Shown piece by piece: positions 28,651 to 39,400 of a stretch of DNA of 64,000 nt (the stretch's first letter is position 1; each line of letters begins with the position of its first letter). This stretch comes from an uncultured Dehalococcoidales bacterium (GTDB taxonomy: Bacteria > Chloroflexota > Dehalococcoidia > GIF9 > UBA5629), in the NCBI GenBank assembly GCA_964554375.1, contig CAZKOL010000004.1, positions 16,535 through 80,534 of the forward strand, given 5' to 3'. The notes under the pieces were generated by a model that saw nothing but the letters and a program-made list of their open reading frames with translations, ran no database searches and was not told where the DNA came from. Position numbers and translations under genes: made by a program.

Positions 28651-30785
28651 TTCGCCACCCGCCAGCTGTAGCTAAAGGACGCCGACCAACCCGGGTCTAT
28701 CATCAATGGCAACAGTATCACTACACAACTGCACTGGTAGACTTTCTCCAGGCCCCCTTCAGAATTGGACACGCTCTCAACCGGGTAACGCCAGATGGTC
28801 AGCGGCCGGTCAAGCTCCAGTTCGAGCTCGATACCCAGTTGGCGGTTACCCATGATAAGCCGGGTGATTTCTGTTATCTCGCCGCTGGAGTCAAGGCGCA
28901 GGTCTGCGATATCCCTACCCTCGATGTGATAATAGGCGGCCTCGTTATGTCCTCCTCCCAGCAAATTGATATTCCACTCTGCGGCCAGAAGCGTGTCTAT
29001 TGCCGCGCTGCCGGTATTGACAAATCTGTAATTGATATGGAGGCTGCCATCATTGCGCGCCAGTGCGACGCTTTTTTCCAGCCTGATGCCGCATGGACCT
29101 TGAGGTAGTTGCAGTGTACCTTCCCTCTCAAGGTAAACCTGCAGGGCATCGACCCCCGTGTCAACCCGGCAATCGTAAGGCCGGCCGGCGAAATCTCCGC
29201 GGTCCTCAAAAACGTCTCTGCGGTAGTCCTCAATCATCACGCGGCCGTCTAAAAAACGGTCGATCAGGCTGGACCGCGGTATAGCATCATAGATCAACCA
29301 GTCCGCAATGTCGATATCCTTGATCCTGACACCATCATGTATGCTGTGAACCTCGCATCCATCATTCGAACTCCGCCGTTGCTCTTCAATCCCGGCGATC
29401 TCCATGTTATAGGCCTCCGGTTTGCGTGATACGGTGCTCAGTACATTGCAGGCATGGCCGCGCAGGTCCCATTCAAATATGCTGCCGCCCTCTGCGGGGC
29501 TGAAGTACAGGTTGAGGTCGCTGCCTTCAATTACTATCTCATCATTTCCATCACCGTCGAAATCTACCTGCTGCCAGCGGTATCCCGCACCGGAGCCCGG
29601 CAGAAGCGCGTCGGCGCAGTTTTCGGCCCTGATCAGGTTGGCGAAGGTTGTTGTCCGTATATCAGGCAAATAAATTCCGCCGAATACACCATGCCAGTAG
29701 GGACAGTTGCATTGAGCCTTCCAGAGATAATCGATCCCGCAATCAGCTTCATTTACTGCGCGCGCAAGGTGGACGCGCGCGCTGACGGCGAGCATCTTTT
29801 TCTGCATACGGTTTATCTCAGGGTACTTGACCAGGAAATTACGCCAGTAGCCGCTGAAAACATGGTTCAGCACACCCGCAAATTGATCCTCCCCGGCGCG
29901 GCGCTTCAACTGCTTATACAGTTCCGAGATGTCCGCCGGCAAAGACCATTCCAGCATCTCGTCATAGGATGCGCAGGGCAGGTATACGCGGCCCGCCGGT
30001 CCATGACTTTCCGCATAATCTCCCAGCTTGATAGTAGTCAGCCACTCTCCATTCGCTTCGATAAACGTGAAGAAATCCTCCACCCAGCCTTCTCCCCAGC
30101 ACAGTTCACAGGTCTGCGGCCAGACTCCGAATTTCTCGCCGTCGTCGCCCAGCACTGCTATTCTTTCCCCGCTTTCCGACGCGTTTTCCCTCAGATAGGC
30201 GATGACATCATCCACTTTATACCACGGTATGGCATAGCGCAGGTATTTGCATATAGGGAAGACTTTGATATACCTTCCCTGCTCATCGGTTTTGAAATAG
30301 CCGAAGAGGTCATGTTCATTCAGGCCAACCATCTTAAACGCCGTATCGTCCACCAGTGTCCAATCGATGCCGGCATCAGCAATTATCCTGGCCAGCGAAG
30401 GCTCCCAAACCCGTTCGGCCAGCCACATGCCTCGGGGGCGGCGTCCGAATTGTTGCCATATATATTCGCTCATCTTGCCGACCTGACCGGATTTGTCGGC
30501 GTCCGGTATCATGGGCAGCACAGGCTCGTAGTAGCCCCCTCCCATTATCTCCACCTGCTCCCGGGAAATCAGCATGGCCAGCAATTTGAAGAATTCAGGG
30601 TGTTCGGCCGATATCCAGTCGAGCAGGCAGCCGCTGTAATGCAGCGATACGTTGATAGAGGGATGCCTCCCCAGTGCCTCGAGCATGGGTAAGTAGCCCT
30701 GCCGGTAAGCATCTTCAAAAACCCATGGGAAATTGCCGAGAGGCTGGTGGTTGTGAATGGCCAATCCCAGAAATATCCGCTTCAA
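28647..30785 (-). CDS. Glycoside hydrolase family 57 protein (alpha-amylase / 4-alpha-glucanotransferase-like)
   Basis: 712 aa. N-terminal HNHQP motif characteristic of GH57. Start overlaps the mutS stop (ATGA). Confidence 0.8.
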   Translation of the reverse strand: MKRIFLGLAIHNHQPLGNFPWVFEDAYRQGYLPMLEALGRHPSINVSLHYSGCLLDWISAEHPEFFKLLAMLISREQVEIMGGGYYEPVLPMIPDADKSGQVGKMSEYIWQQFGRRPRGMWLAERVWEPSLARIIADAGIDWTLVDDTAFKMVGLNEHDLFGYFKTDEQGRYIKVFPICKYLRYAIPWYKVDDVIAYLRENASESGERIAVLGDDGEKFGVWPQTCELCWGEGWVEDFFTFIEANGEWLTTIKLGDYAESHGPAGRVYLPCASYDEMLEWSLPADISELYKQLKRRAGEDQFAGVLNHVFSGYWRNFLVKYPEINRMQKKMLAVSARVHLARAVNEADCGIDYLWKAQCNCPYWHGVFGGIYLPDIRTTTFANLIRAENCADALLPGSGAGYRWQQVDFDGDGNDEIVIEGSDLNLYFSPAEGGSIFEWDLRGHACNVLSTVSRKPEAYNMEIAGIEEQRRSSNDGCEVHSIHDGVRIKDIDIADWLIYDAIPRSSLIDRFLDGRVMIEDYRRDVFEDRGDFAGRPYDCRVDTGVDALQVYLEREGTLQLPQGPCGIRLEKSVALARNDGSLHINYRFVNTGSAAIDTLLAAEWNINLLGGGHNEAAYYHIEGRDIADLRLDSSGEITEITRLIMGNRQLGIELELELDRPLTIWRYPVESVSNSEGGLEKVYQCSCVVILLPLMIDPGWSASFSYSWRVAK

Positions 30786-30801
30786 ATATGCACCCTTGTG
30801 C

Positions 30802-31023
30802 TCAAGCTTTATGGAGCTTATCGAAGGCTACTTTCAGCACAACCTTATCACCGACCTTGTCTATATCGCCAGTCAATAAGGTCCTGGCGCGCATGAACCC
30901 GGTTGTTATGATTATGCCCGTCACATTCCATTTCACCGGGTCTATCTCGACGTCTTTCACGCGCCCCATGACGCGTGCGCCGGCATCGATAACCTCTTTT
31001 CCAATAAGCTCTCGGGACCTCAT
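30802..31023 (-). CDS. PRC-barrel domain protein
   Basis: 73 aa, begins LIGKEVIDAGARVMGRVKDVEID. Confidence 0.65.
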   Translation of the reverse strand: MRSRELIGKEVIDAGARVMGRVKDVEIDPVKWNVTGIIITTGFMRARTLLTGDIDKVGDKVVLKVAFDKLHKA

Positions 31024-31067
31024 AGCGTCAATCCTCCGTTAGTTGCGGCAGACTATTGGATCTGCGC

Positions 31068-32369
31068 CTAATCCATGAAAAGATAATCAGTGATCCGGTC
31101 AAAGACGTGCCTGGCCGCTATCACGTAGTAATAATTCTCCTTTTTTTCTTCCTGGCTGCAACCGCTGAGGGATATGGCTTTGAATGAGTTTAACAGTACT
31201 TGCCGCTGCAGTGCCAGGCCTTTGTCTATCATATTGATATCCCACATGGGCTTCCTGCTGGCCCACCAGAACTGGCAGCTATGCAGGGCGCGGTCAAGTG
31301 CGTTCCTGGCTATATTGGCATAGCCCAGGCTGGCGGGATTGTCCGCAATATCAATGGCCCTATGCGCGATCCTGATGGCCAGGTCCAGGTGTTCCCACTG
31401 CATACTATGCACCGTATTGTTTTTATCCTTCCACAGCGGGTAATAATTTCCAGCCCGGATATCCGCCGCCGAGGTGCTCCACGACGAAGGCCTGGGACTG
31501 ATCTTCTGCCCTGCGGGGAAGAGCTCCAGCAACTGGCTGATTGTGACGATGCTGATCTCACCGGCATCCTGTGACTTCTCGTATTCGAAAAGTCTGCGGT
31601 GCTGGTCAGCCAGCGGCTTCTGCTCGAGCATCACGGCTTGATTATCTTCAGCCGGCACCAGCGTCTCGTAAACCTCCGAGAGGAAAAGTTTGTCCCAGTG
31701 CTGTATATGGTGGCCGAATGTCTCGGCATCCATGGCCGTTATCACATATATATCCCCTTCGCCCTGGCGCAGCTGTTTTAAATGCTCTATGAACCCCCTG
31801 CCGTCCACATCTTTAAAGCTGATCTTGTTGCTGAGGATATCATCGCGGAAAAGCACCGCCAGCGATTGGCCGGCGTAATCTATGCGGTGGATGACATCCA
31901 TGGGCCAGCCCACCGGGCAGGCGATGCCACTGACTATGATCCAATCATGTCGCGATGCGCTGACAGGTTCGGCGATCTCCCTGGAGTAGCACATCTCGGG
32001 AGGGAAAAAGCCCCTGGGCTGGTAAGCTTCGCCCAGATACTGCCGATTTGTACTATGGTTGAGCGTGATCTGCCTGGCTACTTCACCAGCAGGTATGAGG
32101 GGCAGTATGGGATGGTACTTTCCCGAGCCGGTGAACTCGATCTGCCCCCTCTCGGCCAACTTGCGCATACCGCTCAGCACATCGCTGTAGCCGTACAGGC
32201 CCAGCATCTCGCTGAGCACACCGTTGATATTGAAAGTTGCCCTGGCGCGGGGGTATTCGTCAAATACCTCCAGCACCGGGCGATATGACTCGTTGGCCAC
32301 CTTCATCAATATCTCGGGTACCTGCGTCGGCGGCTGGTAGAAGTGAAATAGGGGCGCCCAGTAAATCAT
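31068..32369 (-). CDS. Glycoside hydrolase family 57 protein (branching-enzyme/amylase-like)
   Basis: 433 aa. N-terminal HFYQP motif. Confidence 0.75.
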   Translation of the reverse strand: MIYWAPLFHFYQPPTQVPEILMKVANESYRPVLEVFDEYPRARATFNINGVLSEMLGLYGYSDVLSGMRKLAERGQIEFTGSGKYHPILPLIPAGEVARQITLNHSTNRQYLGEAYQPRGFFPPEMCYSREIAEPVSASRHDWIIVSGIACPVGWPMDVIHRIDYAGQSLAVLFRDDILSNKISFKDVDGRGFIEHLKQLRQGEGDIYVITAMDAETFGHHIQHWDKLFLSEVYETLVPAEDNQAVMLEQKPLADQHRRLFEYEKSQDAGEISIVTISQLLELFPAGQKISPRPSSWSTSAADIRAGNYYPLWKDKNNTVHSMQWEHLDLAIRIAHRAIDIADNPASLGYANIARNALDRALHSCQFWWASRKPMWDINMIDKGLALQRQVLLNSFKAISLSGCSQEEKKENYYYVIAARHVFDRITDYLFMD

Positions 32370-33355
32370 ACATTAGACCTCAGCCTATCGCGCGCATATA
32401 GAGCGGCGCCCGTAAGTTCCGCATGCATGCCCAGCCGGGACCTGACCAGATGCGCCGTACTCACAGGCAGATTAAAGGCATTCTCCTTCATCGATTTTCT
32501 GGCAGGTCGTAACAGCATTCCTCCCATTTTAGATACTCCGCCGCCTATTATTATCATCTGCGGATTCATCAGGTTTACAAGGTTGGCCAATCCGATGCCG
32601 AGGTAGCCCGCTGACTCATCGATTACAGCCAGAGCCAGCGCATCCCCCTTGCGGGCCGCTGCCGCAACTACCTCCGCAGTTACATCGCCGACTTTATTAT
32701 CAGCCAGCCCGGCCATAATACTCTCCTCGCCTCTTCGCAATCGCTTTTGTGCGAGACTGGCAATTGCCGTACCTGAGGCCATGGCTTCAAAGCATCCCCT
32801 CTTTCCGCATTTGCACAGAGGTCCGCCGATCTTGATGATCATATGCCCTATCTCGGCAGCAGTGCCGTCTGTACCATTATACAATTCGCCGTTGATAATC
32901 ATACCTCCGCCGATGCCGGTGCTGACGGTTATATATATCAGGTTGTTCAGCCCGCGTCCGGCGCCCAGCCTGTGTTCCGCCAGCGCAGCGGAGTTGGCAT
33001 CGTTCAGTAAGAAGACAGGCGTGCCCAACGAATCTGCCAATTTGTCTCTAAGCGGTATATTGTGCCAGCGCGGCAGGTTGGGCGAATCGGCGACCAGTCC
33101 CCTGTTTATATCGATCGCCCCCGCAGCGGCCACCCCTATGCCTCCCACCTCATCTCTTTCCAGCCCGGCTTTTTCAATAACCTGGTCGATAGCCGCCTTG
33201 AGACGATTGATCACGCTGGCAGGGCCCTCACTGCCTAATGTAAGGCAGTATATCCTGGACAGCATTACGCCATCTACATCAAAAACGGCCGTGATTATCT
33301 TGGTTCCGCCTATATCCACGCTGACAACAGGTTGCTCAGAGCGGCCCATTATCAT
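32366..33355 (-). CDS. glk: ROK family glucokinase
   Basis: 329 aa. Contains VSVDIGGTKI and a Cys-rich zinc motif (CKCGKRGC). Confidence 0.85.
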   Translation of the reverse strand: MIMGRSEQPVVSVDIGGTKIITAVFDVDGVMLSRIYCLTLGSEGPASVINRLKAAIDQVIEKAGLERDEVGGIGVAAAGAIDINRGLVADSPNLPRWHNIPLRDKLADSLGTPVFLLNDANSAALAEHRLGAGRGLNNLIYITVSTGIGGGMIINGELYNGTDGTAAEIGHMIIKIGGPLCKCGKRGCFEAMASGTAIASLAQKRLRRGEESIMAGLADNKVGDVTAEVVAAAARKGDALALAVIDESAGYLGIGLANLVNLMNPQMIIIGGGVSKMGGMLLRPARKSMKENAFNLPVSTAHLVRSRLGMHAELTGAALYARDRLRSNV

Positions 33356-34769
33356 TCATCTCCAGCGCCTTAGTGTAGAGGGACTGATAACGGCGGGCGG
33401 GTTCTTGCCAGCTGAAATCCAGTTCCATCACGCGCTTCACTGCCCGTTGCCAGGCAGCTTTATTAGCGAAAGCTTCCGCCGCCTTCTTGAGTGCGAAAGT
33501 CAGCGCCTTGGCGGAGTACTCCGAGAAGACAAAGCCCGTTCCCTGCTTGAGATCGCTGCTGAGGTTGCGCACAGTGTCTGCCAGCCCTCCGGTATTTCGC
33601 ACCACCGGCAGCGTACCATAATGCATGGCGATCATCTGCCCCAACCCACACGGCTCCCACAGTGAGGGCATGAGAAACAGGTCGGACCCCGCATAAATAA
33701 GATGCGCCTTAGCATTGTCGTAGGTAATATAAGCCCTGATATTATCCGGGTACTTTGCTTCAAGCTGCAGCAACGCCTCCTCGTAATACTCCTTGCCACG
33801 CCCCAGGAAGATGAATTGCGCCCCTGTAGATTTTATTACTTCGGGGAGCGCGTTGATGATAATGTCCATGCCTTTTTGCTCATCCAGCCGCGAGACCATC
33901 CCGACCAGGGGAGCCTCGGACCGCACCTTCCAGCCCGCCATCACATGCAACTTGTTCCTGTTGACAGCCTTACCGGCCAGGTCCGCAGCATTGAAATTGG
34001 CCGCAATCAACCGGTCATTCACCGGGTCGAACTCATCGTACCCCACTCCGTTGATGATGCCGAAGAGGCTGCTCTTGCGGAAATCAATGAACGCCTGCAT
34101 TCCACAACCGTATTCCGCGGTCAGTATCTCGCGGGCAAAATTCTCGCTGACGGCATTGATCACATGAGACCAGAGTATGCCCTGCACTATGAGATTCCAG
34201 GGTAAACCCGTTAGTCCGGCGATATGGCCGTGCCAGTACTGCCCTATACCGGATCTCTGCAGAGTATGGTCATCGAAATAACCCTGGTATTTCATATTAT
34301 GGATGGTGAAAACAGTGCGGCAATCGAAGTGGCCGGACCTGAGCAGCAGCGGAATCAAGGCGGTATGCCAATCGTGGCAGTGCACTATCTCGGGCGTCCA
34401 ACCAAGGTAAGGCAGCGACTGGCTGACGCAGTCGCAGAATACCCAGAACCTTTCAACTTCGTCACTGCCGTATACCGCATCACATTTAGAAAATATATCA
34501 GAGGACAGCAGGTAAACCGGTACTCCGTTCAGGACGATCTGCTCCAGCTTGACCTTCCTGTATTCCTTGAGGGAGAAAACGGTCAGATCACATACAACAG
34601 GCTCAGTTTCATAGGTGGAGTAATCAACGAATCCGTATTTAGGCACAATCACGCGGACCTGGTGCCCCAGCTTTATTAGCTCCTCCGGCAAAGACCTGAC
34701 GACATCCGCCAGACCCCCCACCTTGGTCAAAGGGGCAATCTCAGCGGCCGCAAAGAGTATTTTCATCAT
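33336..34769 (-). CDS. glgA: Glycogen synthase (ADP-glucose type)
   Basis: 477 aa. Begins MKILFAAAEIAPLTKVGGLADVV. Confidence 0.92.
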   Translation of the reverse strand: MMKILFAAAEIAPLTKVGGLADVVRSLPEELIKLGHQVRVIVPKYGFVDYSTYETEPVVCDLTVFSLKEYRKVKLEQIVLNGVPVYLLSSDIFSKCDAVYGSDEVERFWVFCDCVSQSLPYLGWTPEIVHCHDWHTALIPLLLRSGHFDCRTVFTIHNMKYQGYFDDHTLQRSGIGQYWHGHIAGLTGLPWNLIVQGILWSHVINAVSENFAREILTAEYGCGMQAFIDFRKSSLFGIINGVGYDEFDPVNDRLIAANFNAADLAGKAVNRNKLHVMAGWKVRSEAPLVGMVSRLDEQKGMDIIINALPEVIKSTGAQFIFLGRGKEYYEEALLQLEAKYPDNIRAYITYDNAKAHLIYAGSDLFLMPSLWEPCGLGQMIAMHYGTLPVVRNTGGLADTVRNLSSDLKQGTGFVFSEYSAKALTFALKKAAEAFANKAAWQRAVKRVMELDFSWQEPARRYQSLYTKALEMNDNGPL

Positions 34770-34823
34770 ATATTGTTCTACGGGAACCTATTTTCACTGC
34801 CGTTTTGCATTGCCCGGGATCAA

Positions 34824-36119
34824 TTAAACCTGGTATTTGCGACGGCTTTTGCCTTTAATCGTTTCGCCGCTCTCCACTGTTGTGGAAGGGAAGTCACTGG
34901 CCACCACCCAGGGCTCGATCTTGCAGTTCCTGCCGATAATTACATCGGAGGGTATCCTTGTACCTTTGCCCACCAGCGTTATGCCGGAATCCAGGTGTTC
35001 GGGCTCCTCTTTGTTGGCAGTGAGATCATCCCCTGCCCCTACATGGCACCCGCGGCTGACCCAGACCTGTTTATCTATAATGCTCTTGTCTATAATGGCT
35101 CCGCGCCCGATTGTGGTATCTTCGAAGATGATGGAATTCTTGACTACCGCCTCCTCCTCGATAAAAACCCGGGGGGAGATGACAGATTCAATAACCGTAC
35201 CATTAACAATTGCCCCGTTACATATCAAGGCCCTGCTCACCTGCGCATGCGGCCCCAGTTTCACGGGCGGGTATCCCTGCGTGATGGTCCTCACCTCATT
35301 CTCTGGGTTGTAAAGGTTCAACTCCGGAAGGTCCACGATCAGGTCCATATTAGCCTGCCAGTAAGCTTCCACAGTTCCCACATCCCGCCAGTAACCGTGG
35401 AAGCGAAACCCGTAGACTTCGTATTTGCTTATCAGGTTGGGCAAAACATCGTGTCCGAAGTCTTTTCCTTCCTGCTTGCCGGCTATCTCCTCTAACGCAT
35501 CGACCAGCACCTTTTTATTAAATATGTAGATGCCCATGGAGGCCAGCCTGCTCTTGGCTGTTTTGGGCTTTTCCTCAAAATTCACAATCCGTTCATTGTG
35601 ATCGAGCGTAATGATGCCGAACCTTGATATATCTTCCGGGAAGACCTCATAGACAGCCACAGTCACATCGGCATGCCGGTTGCGGTGAGAGGCCAGCATC
35701 TGGTCGTAACGCATGCTGTAAATGTGGTCAGCCGATAATACAAGGATCTCGTCAACCCGCTGGTCCACTATATAGTAGAGGTTCTGGTAAACGGCGTCGG
35801 CAGTGCCCTTGTACCAGGTACGCTGCGAGCGGCTGAGAAAAGGCTGAAGCAGTACGGCCCCTCCCAATTCACGGTCCATATCCCATGGCCTGCCCACCCC
35901 CACATGCCTTGCCAGCGACCTCGGGTTGAACTGCGTCAATACGGCTACATTATAAATACCCGAGTTGGCGCAGTTGCTCAGCGTGAAATCGATGATGCGA
36001 TATTTCCCGCCGAAAGGGACGGCCGGCTTGGCACGTTCATCGGCAAGAACGCTCAAACGCTCACTGGCGCCACCAGCCAGGATAATAGCTAAAACCCTGC
36101 GCATATCCGATATCGCCAC
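34824..36119 (-). CDS. glgC: Glucose-1-phosphate adenylyltransferase
   Basis: 431 aa. Contains [10 protein letters not shown]...[14 protein letters not shown] and a C-terminal left-handed beta-helix. Confidence 0.92.
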   Translation of the reverse strand: MAISDMRRVLAIILAGGASERLSVLADERAKPAVPFGGKYRIIDFTLSNCANSGIYNVAVLTQFNPRSLARHVGVGRPWDMDRELGGAVLLQPFLSRSQRTWYKGTADAVYQNLYYIVDQRVDEILVLSADHIYSMRYDQMLASHRNRHADVTVAVYEVFPEDISRFGIITLDHNERIVNFEEKPKTAKSRLASMGIYIFNKKVLVDALEEIAGKQEGKDFGHDVLPNLISKYEVYGFRFHGYWRDVGTVEAYWQANMDLIVDLPELNLYNPENEVRTITQGYPPVKLGPHAQVSRALICNGAIVNGTVIESVISPRVFIEEEAVVKNSIIFEDTTIGRGAIIDKSIIDKQVWVSRGCHVGAGDDLTANKEEPEHLDSGITLVGKGTRIPSDVIIGRNCKIEPWVVASDFPSTTVESGETIKGKSRRKYQV

Positions 36120-36404
36120 TATACTTCAACACAATTTTAACTAAATACCCGGCAATTGTCGATCGCTACGAATCACAACCTGCTCCGCACTGCCCCCACA
36201 TGAGCCGGTACTGGATGCTGCCAGGTCCATCGTTCTGCCATGGATACAGAGCCGCATACCTGATGCCCCGGCCTACCTTTAACAACGGTGTGGATGAAAT
36301 GAGGATATTAGAAGCTATCGTCAGCTCGGTAAAAAAGAGAGCCTGGGTGAAAGTATGAGTATTACATATTTACTTGATGATATAACCCGAAAAACAGGAG
36401 GGAA

Positions 36405-37407
36405 ATGACGCAGATAACCACCGTACTGGGATCCATAGCGCCGGGTGACCTCGGTTTCACCTCGATGCACGAGCACACCGTATGTAATGCGAGCTTCTGC
36501 CGCCGCAGGTACGAGAACCTTATACCTGCGGATGCTCCCGTCGCAGCCAACGATCCGGTGAAACTGGATAATCTCGGTATTTTAAAGCACGCTCACATCC
36601 TCTCAAAAGACGCCCTGGATATGAGCGACGAAGGATTGATTGAATCTGAACTGACGAATTTCGCAGCTTCAGGCGGCAGGGCTGTAGTGGATATGAGCGC
36701 TCCAGGTTTGCGCTGCAATATCATCGCCCTTCAGCGCATATCACGGAAAACCGGTGTTCATATTATCGCCTCGACCGGGCTCTATGCGGAAGACTCATGG
36801 CCGGAGCAGTTCAGAGACATGGCGATGAGCGATTATATGAAATATATGTGGGCAGAGATCGAAAACAGCATCAAAGATACAGGGATAAGGGCCGGGCATA
36901 TAAAAGTTACTATAACCGACACCGGCATATTCAATGCCGAGCCGTTCAGCGAGCAGCAAAAAAATGCTGAGGGCTGCCGTAAGAGTGTCCAACGAGACGG
37001 GGATCGCCCTGTCAGCGCACCCTCCTCTCGACGCGGTTGAAAACGTTCGTGAGGTAGTCAGAGTGATGCTTGACGAGGGCATGAATCCCGAGAAGGCCGT
37101 AATCGCACACAGCGACCTTTTCTTCGTGCCCCGCGACTTAAGAATCCTCATTACCGATCCTGAGTCATGGAGGTTAAACACCGATTTGGCCCGGGAGTTG
37201 CTTGGCAGGGGCTTTAATATATCGATTGATTCATTCGGGCATTTCCAGGATGGAGAGCCGGTCGGTATCCTGCTGGGCACAGCTATTTTCGGTATCTGCA
37301 CCAGCGCATGGACCATATGCTTTATCTTTACCGTAGCCGCACTTATATTCGTTCCAAGGGATATTAAAAATCTCCGTGGTGAACTGCGGTCCAGGGTATC
37401 AGCATAA
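36405..37407 (+). pseudogene. Phosphotriesterase-family (PHP/PTE-like) hydrolase gene split by a +1 frameshift in an A7 run at 36958-36964
   Basis: ORF 36405-37040 (N-terminal part of the fold, G..SMHEH) and ORF 36934-37407 (KKMLRAAVRVSNETGIALSAHP...) together span about 334 codons. Removing one A restores a single frame. Confidence 0.7.
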
Positions 37408-37489
37408 TGTTTGGAGAGATTTTCATGATGCAAAGAATAGTCAACGAATCACAGCGAACTCACGTAGACAGCAGGCAAATACATATGCA

Positions 37490-38491
37490 CTACTTGCAAA
37501 GCTCAATTACCAGCAGATCGAGCGCCAGGTCGTCCTCATATTTTCCCGTCTTAATAGCCACATCAGTATCCAGCAGCGCATGAAACGCTTTGCGTAATTT
37601 GGGTATTGTGAACGACCTGGCCTGCCGCAAGGTTTTCTCCAGTGGATATCTGGGATGAAGCCCGAGGCTCTCCCGGATCTCCTGCTGGTTCCCATGGCTC
37701 AGCTCTTTTACTCTCAGGATGATGGCAAGCTGTCGCTCGATCATGGTCAATATCTGCTGCGGGGCTGTCCCGTATTTGAGCATGCGGTGCAGCATTAGTT
37801 GCGCATCCTTTATCCTGCCCTCAAGCACTGCGTCAACCAGCGCGAAGATACTTTCCTCACGCGCAAAGCTGGAGATCTCCCTGACATCGCTATCGCTTAT
37901 CTCACGTCCCTCACAGTAGGTCATCAGCTTGTTGAGCTCACCGGTAAGCGACCACAAATCGCCCCCTATATAGTCGGCCAGCAGGGATACGGCGCCTGAC
38001 GAGATCTTGCCCCCATTTTTGACTGTGTAATCTTTGATCCAGGCCGACAACTCCTTGCCCTTTATCTCGTTCAACTGGAAAACCCGGTCAGCCGCAGGGG
38101 CTAATGACTTAAAAAGCTGGTTGACAGCTTTTGGATCAAGGTCTGCATCGAAGAGTACCAGCACCGTTGTCTGCGGCATGGTTTTGATGTATTCGAATAT
38201 GTTCTGCCATTCTCTGAGTAGCTGGCTGGCCTCCTCCCCACCACTATTGGATCTCGACTGCCTGTCGCCGGGCTGGAAACGTCTGAGCAACCCTTCCACA
38301 ATCACCAGCCTGCTGGAAGACATAAATGGTACTACGCTGCATACGTCGGTCAGTGTCCTGTCAATCAGCTTGCGTCCATCCAGTACCGTAGTATTAACCG
38401 ACACCATGTCCGGGCTGCCCAGGCCTGCCTTTATCTCGTTCAACGCCTGGTGACAGCGGTAACTGTCGTCACCACATATTATGTAAAACAT
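37490..38491 (-). CDS. holA: DNA polymerase III subunit delta
   Basis: 333 aa. Begins MFYIICGDDSYR, with the expected delta-subunit length and layout. Confidence 0.8.
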   Translation of the reverse strand: MFYIICGDDSYRCHQALNEIKAGLGSPDMVSVNTTVLDGRKLIDRTLTDVCSVVPFMSSSRLVIVEGLLRRFQPGDRQSRSNSGGEEASQLLREWQNIFEYIKTMPQTTVLVLFDADLDPKAVNQLFKSLAPAADRVFQLNEIKGKELSAWIKDYTVKNGGKISSGAVSLLADYIGGDLWSLTGELNKLMTYCEGREISDSDVREISSFAREESIFALVDAVLEGRIKDAQLMLHRMLKYGTAPQQILTMIERQLAIILRVKELSHGNQQEIRESLGLHPRYPLEKTLRQARSFTIPKLRKAFHALLDTDVAIKTGKYEDDLALDLLVIELCK

Positions 38492-38528
38492 TTCCCTCCG
38501 CTTACACTATAGATTCAACCAAATCTGC

Positions 38529-38556
38529 TTGCCATGTCAATTAATAATTGTATAAT
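38529..38556 (+). promoter_or_regulatory. Sigma-70-like promoter (TTGCCA, 16-nt spacer, TATAAT) upstream of the PRC-barrel gene
   Basis: cTTGCCAtgtcaattaataattgTATAATaatg, located about 45 bp upstream of the RBS ggaggt. Confidence 0.5.
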
Positions 38557-38603
38557 AATGTACAAAAATACAGTACCTGTGATCATAGAAACGCGGAGGT
38601 AAT

Positions 38604-38834
38604 ATGCTGGTTAAGAAATTGCTGGGAAAGGAAGTAATCGGTTCGCACGGAGATAAAATAGGCAAAATGGCCGACCTGGATATCGATATCGTATCGGGAA
38701 CCGTTAAATATGCGGTCATTAACGCCGGTTTAAACAAGAAATACAAGATCAAACTGGATGATATCGTAACCGTGGGAGATTCGGTTATACTCAGGTTGTC
38801 CGGCTCTGACCTGAAACAAGCTAAAAAGAAGTAG
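38604..38834 (+). CDS. PRC-barrel domain protein
   Basis: 76 aa, begins LLGKEVIGSHGDKIGKMADLDIDIVSG. Confidence 0.65.
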   Translation: MLVKKLLGKEVIGSHGDKIGKMADLDIDIVSGTVKYAVINAGLNKKYKIKLDDIVTVGDSVILRLSGSDLKQAKKK

Positions 38835-39019
38835 CGGCCAAAATCATACAGCGTCCCATATCAGCGGCGGATTAGCTCCCGATCCGTCGGAGCATTATCA
38901 TTTATTAGACACTTGATTTTGAACGTCTGAAAATATATACTTTTCAGGCGCTTTCACAAAAGCGGTAGACATCATTTTCAGGTTTGAACCGTATTGCGGT
39001 TTTATACCCGGAGGAAACT

Positions 39020-39280
39020 ATGACTTTTGACCCTTTCAATGAGCAGGAGGAAAATATCGAGACATCTATGGATCTCGAAATGATACGCGACAACCTGATG
39101 GCCGAGCTTAAATCTGTCAACGAGTATGAAGCACAGGTTGAAATGATCGACAATGAAGATGCCGCGGACACCATCGAGCAAATACTCGAAGATAAAAAAG
39201 GTCATGTAGCCAGGCTTATAAAGCTACTCAGATTGCTTGACCCCGTCCAGGCTGAAAAATTGAATAATGAGTTAAGGTAG
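39020..39280 (+). CDS. Small acidic hypothetical protein (ferritin-like? unclear)
   Basis: About 86 aa starting MTFDPFNEQEEN, with the RBS ggaggaaact upstream. Confidence 0.45.
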   Translation: MTFDPFNEQEENIETSMDLEMIRDNLMAELKSVNEYEAQVEMIDNEDAADTIEQILEDKKGHVARLIKLLRLLDPVQAEKLNNELR

Positions 39281-39287
39281 AAGAAAA

Positions 39288-39380
39288 ATGGCACATAAAC
39301 CAAAGCTTAAGGCGGCAAAAAAGAACCGCGGCAAGACCAAGAGCAGCAAGCGTAACGTAGTAAAGAAGATCACCACGTAG
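39288..39380 (+). CDS. 30-aa Lys-rich basic micro-ORF (MAHKPKLKAAKKNRGKTKSSKRNVVKKITT)
   Basis: RBS aaggtagaagaaaa upstream. Tightly packed between the acidic ORF and purD. Unverified. Confidence 0.25.
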   Translation: MAHKPKLKAAKKNRGKTKSSKRNVVKKITT

Positions 39381-39400
39381 GTTTTGGAGGAGACTCCGGC

